Origin: Candidatus Shapirobacteria bacterium
GTDB taxonomy: Bacteria > Patescibacteriota > Microgenomatia > 0-14-0-10-38-17
Length of the DNA stretch: 37,059 nt
Assembly (NCBI GenBank): GCA_028697345.1
Contig: JAQVFF010000001.1
Coordinates: 1 to 37,059, forward strand
Direction of reading: 5' to 3'
In this document: positions 34,546 through 37,059 of the stretch, one piece after another
How the letters are laid out: every line of letters starts with the position of its first letter
Numbering within the stretch: position 1 is the stretch's first letter
Translations under genes and position numbers: made by a program
Notes under the pieces: model-generated
The model's input: only the letters and a program-made list of their open reading frames with translations
Databases searched by the model: none
Told to the model about the DNA's origin: nothing

Positions 34546-34836
34546 ATGAAAAATAAGATTATTGATTTATTAAAGAAGATCTCCGATCCGGAGATTGATA
34601 TTAATATTTGGGATTTGGGTTTAATTTATGATGTTTCCTACCAAGAAGGCAAGGCGAATATTAAAATGACACTAACCGCACCAGGTTGTCCTTTTATGGC
34701 CCAATTAGCCAGTCAAGTAGAAAAACAAGTTGGAGCACTGAAAGAGGTTAAAGAGGCTAGGGTAGACCTGGTTTTTGACCCTCCTTGGACTTTAGAAAAA
34801 ATGACTGAAGAAGGAAGAAAAAAGCTGGGATTATAG
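34546..34836 (+). CDS. DUF59/MIP18-family Fe-S cluster assembly protein (SufT/PaaD-like)
   Basis: 96 aa. ..ISDPEIDINIWDLGLIYDV...MTLTAPGCPFM... Confidence 0.8.
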   Translation: MKNKIIDLLKKISDPEIDINIWDLGLIYDVSYQEGKANIKMTLTAPGCPFMAQLASQVEKQVGALKEVKEARVDLVFDPPWTLEKMTEEGRKKLGL

Positions 34837-34896
34837 CAGGTTTCCAGTTTTTTATAAAAAATAGCAAGAAGCTTATAAATTGAAAATAGTTTGAAA

Positions 34897-35571
34897 ATGT
34901 TTAAGTTCTTTATTAACTTTAAAACTTATCCTCAAGGAACAGGAAAGCGGGCGATTGAATTGGTTAAAGTTTGTGCCAAAATTAGTTCCCAAGAGCAGGT
35001 TAAAATTATTCCCATTGTTCAAACAGTTGACGTTTTTCAGGTTAAAGAAGCGGTTGCCGGAGAAATATGGGTTCAACATCTTGATTGGCAAGAACCAGGT
35101 CAGGCGACAGGCTGGATTAACCTAGAGGCGGTGGCTGAAGCGGGTGCTTTAGGAACTTTGATTAACCATTCGGAGCACCGTTTGCCTCCAGGAACAATTA
35201 AACAAACCCTTAAAAGGATAAAAGGTTTTAATAAAAACTTTGCTACCATGGTTTGTGGGGGAACCCTGGGGCAACTTAAAAAATTAGTTTTTACCAAACC
35301 CGATTATTTAGCTTATGAAGTAAAGGAATTAATTGCCGGCTCGGCTTCAATTGCTAAAAGTCGTCCCCAATCGGTTAGAAAAGCAGTTGCTTTAAGCAGA
35401 GAAAAAAAGATCCCTCTCATAATTGGCGCTGGCATTAACAATTCAGAAGATGTCTTTTTAGCCAAAAAGATGGGTGCCCAAGGTGTTTTAATTTCCTCGG
35501 CAGTGGTTTTGGCTGACAATTCGAAAGAGAAGCTAAGAGAGTTGGTGACAATTAATAGAGGTGATCAGTAA
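34897..35571 (+). CDS. tpiA: triosephosphate isomerase, short archaeal type
   Basis: The track starts at TTG 34891; ATG 34897 gives MFKFFINFKTYPQGTGKRAIELVK... ..AGALGTLINHSEHRL.., ..MVCG.., ..PDYLAYEVKELIAGS... The 224-aa length and these blocks match archaeal TIMs, recalled from the Pyrococcus TIM sequence. Confidence 0.8.
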   Translation: MFKFFINFKTYPQGTGKRAIELVKVCAKISSQEQVKIIPIVQTVDVFQVKEAVAGEIWVQHLDWQEPGQATGWINLEAVAEAGALGTLINHSEHRLPPGTIKQTLKRIKGFNKNFATMVCGGTLGQLKKLVFTKPDYLAYEVKELIAGSASIAKSRPQSVRKAVALSREKKIPLIIGAGINNSEDVFLAKKMGAQGVLISSAVVLADNSKEKLRELVTINRGDQ

Positions 35572-35720
35572 ACAGTAACCAACTAGTAAAAAACTAAAAA
35601 AATAATTATTTAGTTGTTATATTGTACTATATTATTTTTTATCTGTTTTTGGGAAAATAAAACTAACAGTTTAACAACATGATAATAAATTTCATTAAGA
35701 ATTTAAAGTTTTAATTGGGG

Positions 35721-36158
35721 ATGTTAATTTATCTTGCCGCTGACCATCGGGGGTTTTTTTTGAAAGAAAAATTAAAACTTTGGCTTGAGAGTAAAAATTA
35801 TCAGGTTAGAGATTTTGGCAATTTAGTTTTTAACGATCAAGATGATTACCCTGATTTTAGTCGAGGTCTGGCAGAAGAGCTAAATCAAAACCCCAACAAT
35901 AAAGGAATTGTTATTTGTGGTTCTGGAATTGGAGTTGATATTGTTGTTAACCGTTTTCCCGGCGTTCGTTGCGGCCTTGGTTTTAACAAAAAACAAGTTA
36001 GCCATGGTCGACTTTTTGATAATATTAACTGTTTAGCGTTGGCGGCTGATTTTACTAATTTTATTCAGGCGAAAAAATTAGTTTGGTTTTTTTTAAAGAC
36101 CAGTTTTACCGACCAAAAAAAATATAAAAGACGCCTGGAAAAAATTAACAAAATGTAA
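35721..36158 (+). CDS. rpiB: ribose-5-phosphate isomerase B (RpiB/LacA/LacB family)
   Basis: The track starts at TTG 35715; ATG 35721 gives MLIYLAADHRGFFLKEKLKLWLE... ..GIVICGSGIGVDIVVNRFPGVRC... Confidence 0.8.
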   Translation: MLIYLAADHRGFFLKEKLKLWLESKNYQVRDFGNLVFNDQDDYPDFSRGLAEELNQNPNNKGIVICGSGIGVDIVVNRFPGVRCGLGFNKKQVSHGRLFDNINCLALAADFTNFIQAKKLVWFFLKTSFTDQKKYKRRLEKINKM

Positions 36159-36161
36159 TTT

Positions 36162-37059
36162 ATGAAAAGAATTACCGACTATTCACCTGGTTTTTTTGAT
36201 GGTAAAAGAGTTTTGGTAAGAGTTGATTATAATGTTGGTTTTAAAGATAGCCAAGGAAAGACAATTATTAATGATGATAGTCGGATTAGACTATCTTTGC
36301 CAACTTTACGGTTTTTGGTTGAAGCTGGAGGTAGGGTTATTTTAATGTCTCATTTGGGCCGGCCGGAAAAAGATTTTGACCACAAGCTATCATTGTTGCC
36401 CGTTGCTCAAAAACTAAACGAATTAGCTTTTGGCCTTATTGGTTATAAAAAGAAAGTTCTTTTTTCTTCAAAAACTGTTGGTAATATTGCTCAAGACTGG
36501 ACAAAGAAATTAGAAAAAGGCCAAATATTATTGTTAGAAAACTTGCGTTTTTATGTTGGTGAAGAAAATAATGATGCTGTTTTTGCCAAAAGACTAGCCA
36601 AGCTTGGTCATTTTTACGTTAATGACGCTTTTTCAGCTAGCCACAGAGAGCACGCTTCAATAGTGGGCTTACCAAAAATTCTTCCTTCGGCGGCTGGTCT
36701 TGCCCTAGACAAGGAGATTAGTAGTTTAAAAAAGATTCTAAACAATCCTTGTCGGCCTTTGGTTTTGGTTATCGGAGGAATTAAGGAAGATAAGCTGGAA
36801 TTTGCTAGTCAGGTAGTTGATTGGGTTGATCAGATTTTATTGGGAGGATTATTGCCGGAAAAAGTAAATAATTTTCCAAAACTAACTAAAAATAAAAAAG
36901 TTATTTCCGGTTGTCTTCGGCCTGATCGACAAGACTTGGACAAACAATCACAAGAGGGTTTTAAGAAAGTAATTAGTCAGGCCAAAACAATTATTTTTGC
37001 CGGACCAGTTAGCAACGTTGATCAAAATTATTGGCAGGGGACAAAAGAATTACTTGAAA
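36162..37059 (+). CDS. pgk: phosphoglycerate kinase (3' end beyond the window)
   Basis: Own translation from ATG 36162: MKRITDYSPGFFDGKRVLVRVDYNVGFKDSQGKTIINDDSRIRLSLPTLRFLVEAGGRVILMSHLGRPEKD.., the canonical PGK N-terminus. Not in the ORF track because no stop lies in the window. Confidence 0.85.
   Translation, partial: MKRITDYSPGFFDGKRVLVRVDYNVGFKDSQGKTIINDDSRIRLSLPTLRFLVEAGGRVILMSHLGRPEKDFDHKLSLLPVAQKLNELAFGLIGYKKKVLFSSKTVGNIAQDWTKKLEKGQILLLENLRFYVGEENNDAVFAKRLAKLGHFYVNDAFSASHREHASIVGLPKILPSAAGLALDKEISSLKKILNNPCRPLVLVIGGIKEDKLEFASQVVDWVDQILLGGLLPEKVNNFPKLTKNKKVISGCLRPDRQDLDKQSQEGFKKVISQAKTIIFAGPVSNVDQNYWQGTKELLE

Noticed and set aside
1262-35519. Many 60-130-aa ORFs in the track lie inside or antisense to longer genes. 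Examples are 1262-1465, 1673-1870, 3213-3395, 4099-4299, 5594-5788, 6007-6204, 7373-7630, 7901-8131, 8641-9059, 9554-10704, 11786-12449, 12685-14187, 17686-17901, 18626-18949, 19134-19529, 20182-20792, 21410-21628, 23587-24252, 25202-26073, 26895-27516, 28706-29941, 31284-31631, 34873-35091 and 35100-35519.
   Set aside because: Each is nested in a longer ORF that has recognisable domains or a coherent membrane architecture. Their translations are low-complexity, and none has an independent signal.
5019-35720. Upstream-extended start codons given by the ORF track: 5019, 7824, 8553, 10992, 14735, 24503, 24791, 24842, 32200, 34891 and 35715.
   Set aside because: These are TTG or GTG extensions. 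Downstream ATGs give proper signal peptides, canonical family N-termini or correct SD spacing. The 24842 start also lies inside the predicted dnaA promoter.
1-37059. tRNA, rRNA, riboswitch or transposase/IS sequences.
   Set aside because: No T-arm-like GGTTCGAATCC-type motifs, rRNA-like segments or transposase-like ORFs were seen on reading. Intergenic regions are short and A/T-rich. This was not verified with covariance models.

Overview
Low-GC, tightly packed bacterial chromosome segment. By inference it comes from a small-genome, Patescibacteria/CPR-like organism: few Shine-Dalgarno sites, an archaeal-type TIM, and many small membrane proteins. It has three parts. (1) 1-4911, minus strand: cell-envelope genes, including a PP2C-like membrane protein, a PH-domain membrane protein and a SpoIID/LytB-domain protein. 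(2) 5019-22803, plus strand: a Gram-positive-type, T4SS-like locus. It holds eight tandem TrbC/VirB2-like pilin paralogs (the first fused to a Cys-rich exported domain), a secreted GH5 glycanase with a Cys-rich tail, and a VirB6-like polytopic protein. After an interruption come a PrgI/VirB3-like protein, a stand-alone VirB4-N-domain-like protein, the VirB4 ATPase, an SLT+CHAP cell-wall hydrolase and two small anchored proteins. The interruption is an antisense, CpG-poor 700-aa orphan gene plus a four-helix-bundle (23S rRNA IVS-protein family) gene bracketed by inverted 4 x 8-bp repeat arrays. No relaxase, VirD4, VirB9/10/11 or integrase is visible. (3) 22800-37059: the chromosomal origin (dnaA, a DnaA-box cluster, dnaN) flanked by the two separated subunits of a 2-oxoacid:ferredoxin oxidoreductase, then housekeeping genes (galU, trxA, tpiA, rpiB, pgk and others). 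I saw no rRNA, tRNA, CRISPR array or transposase. All functional calls come from motif recognition by eye, with no searches run.
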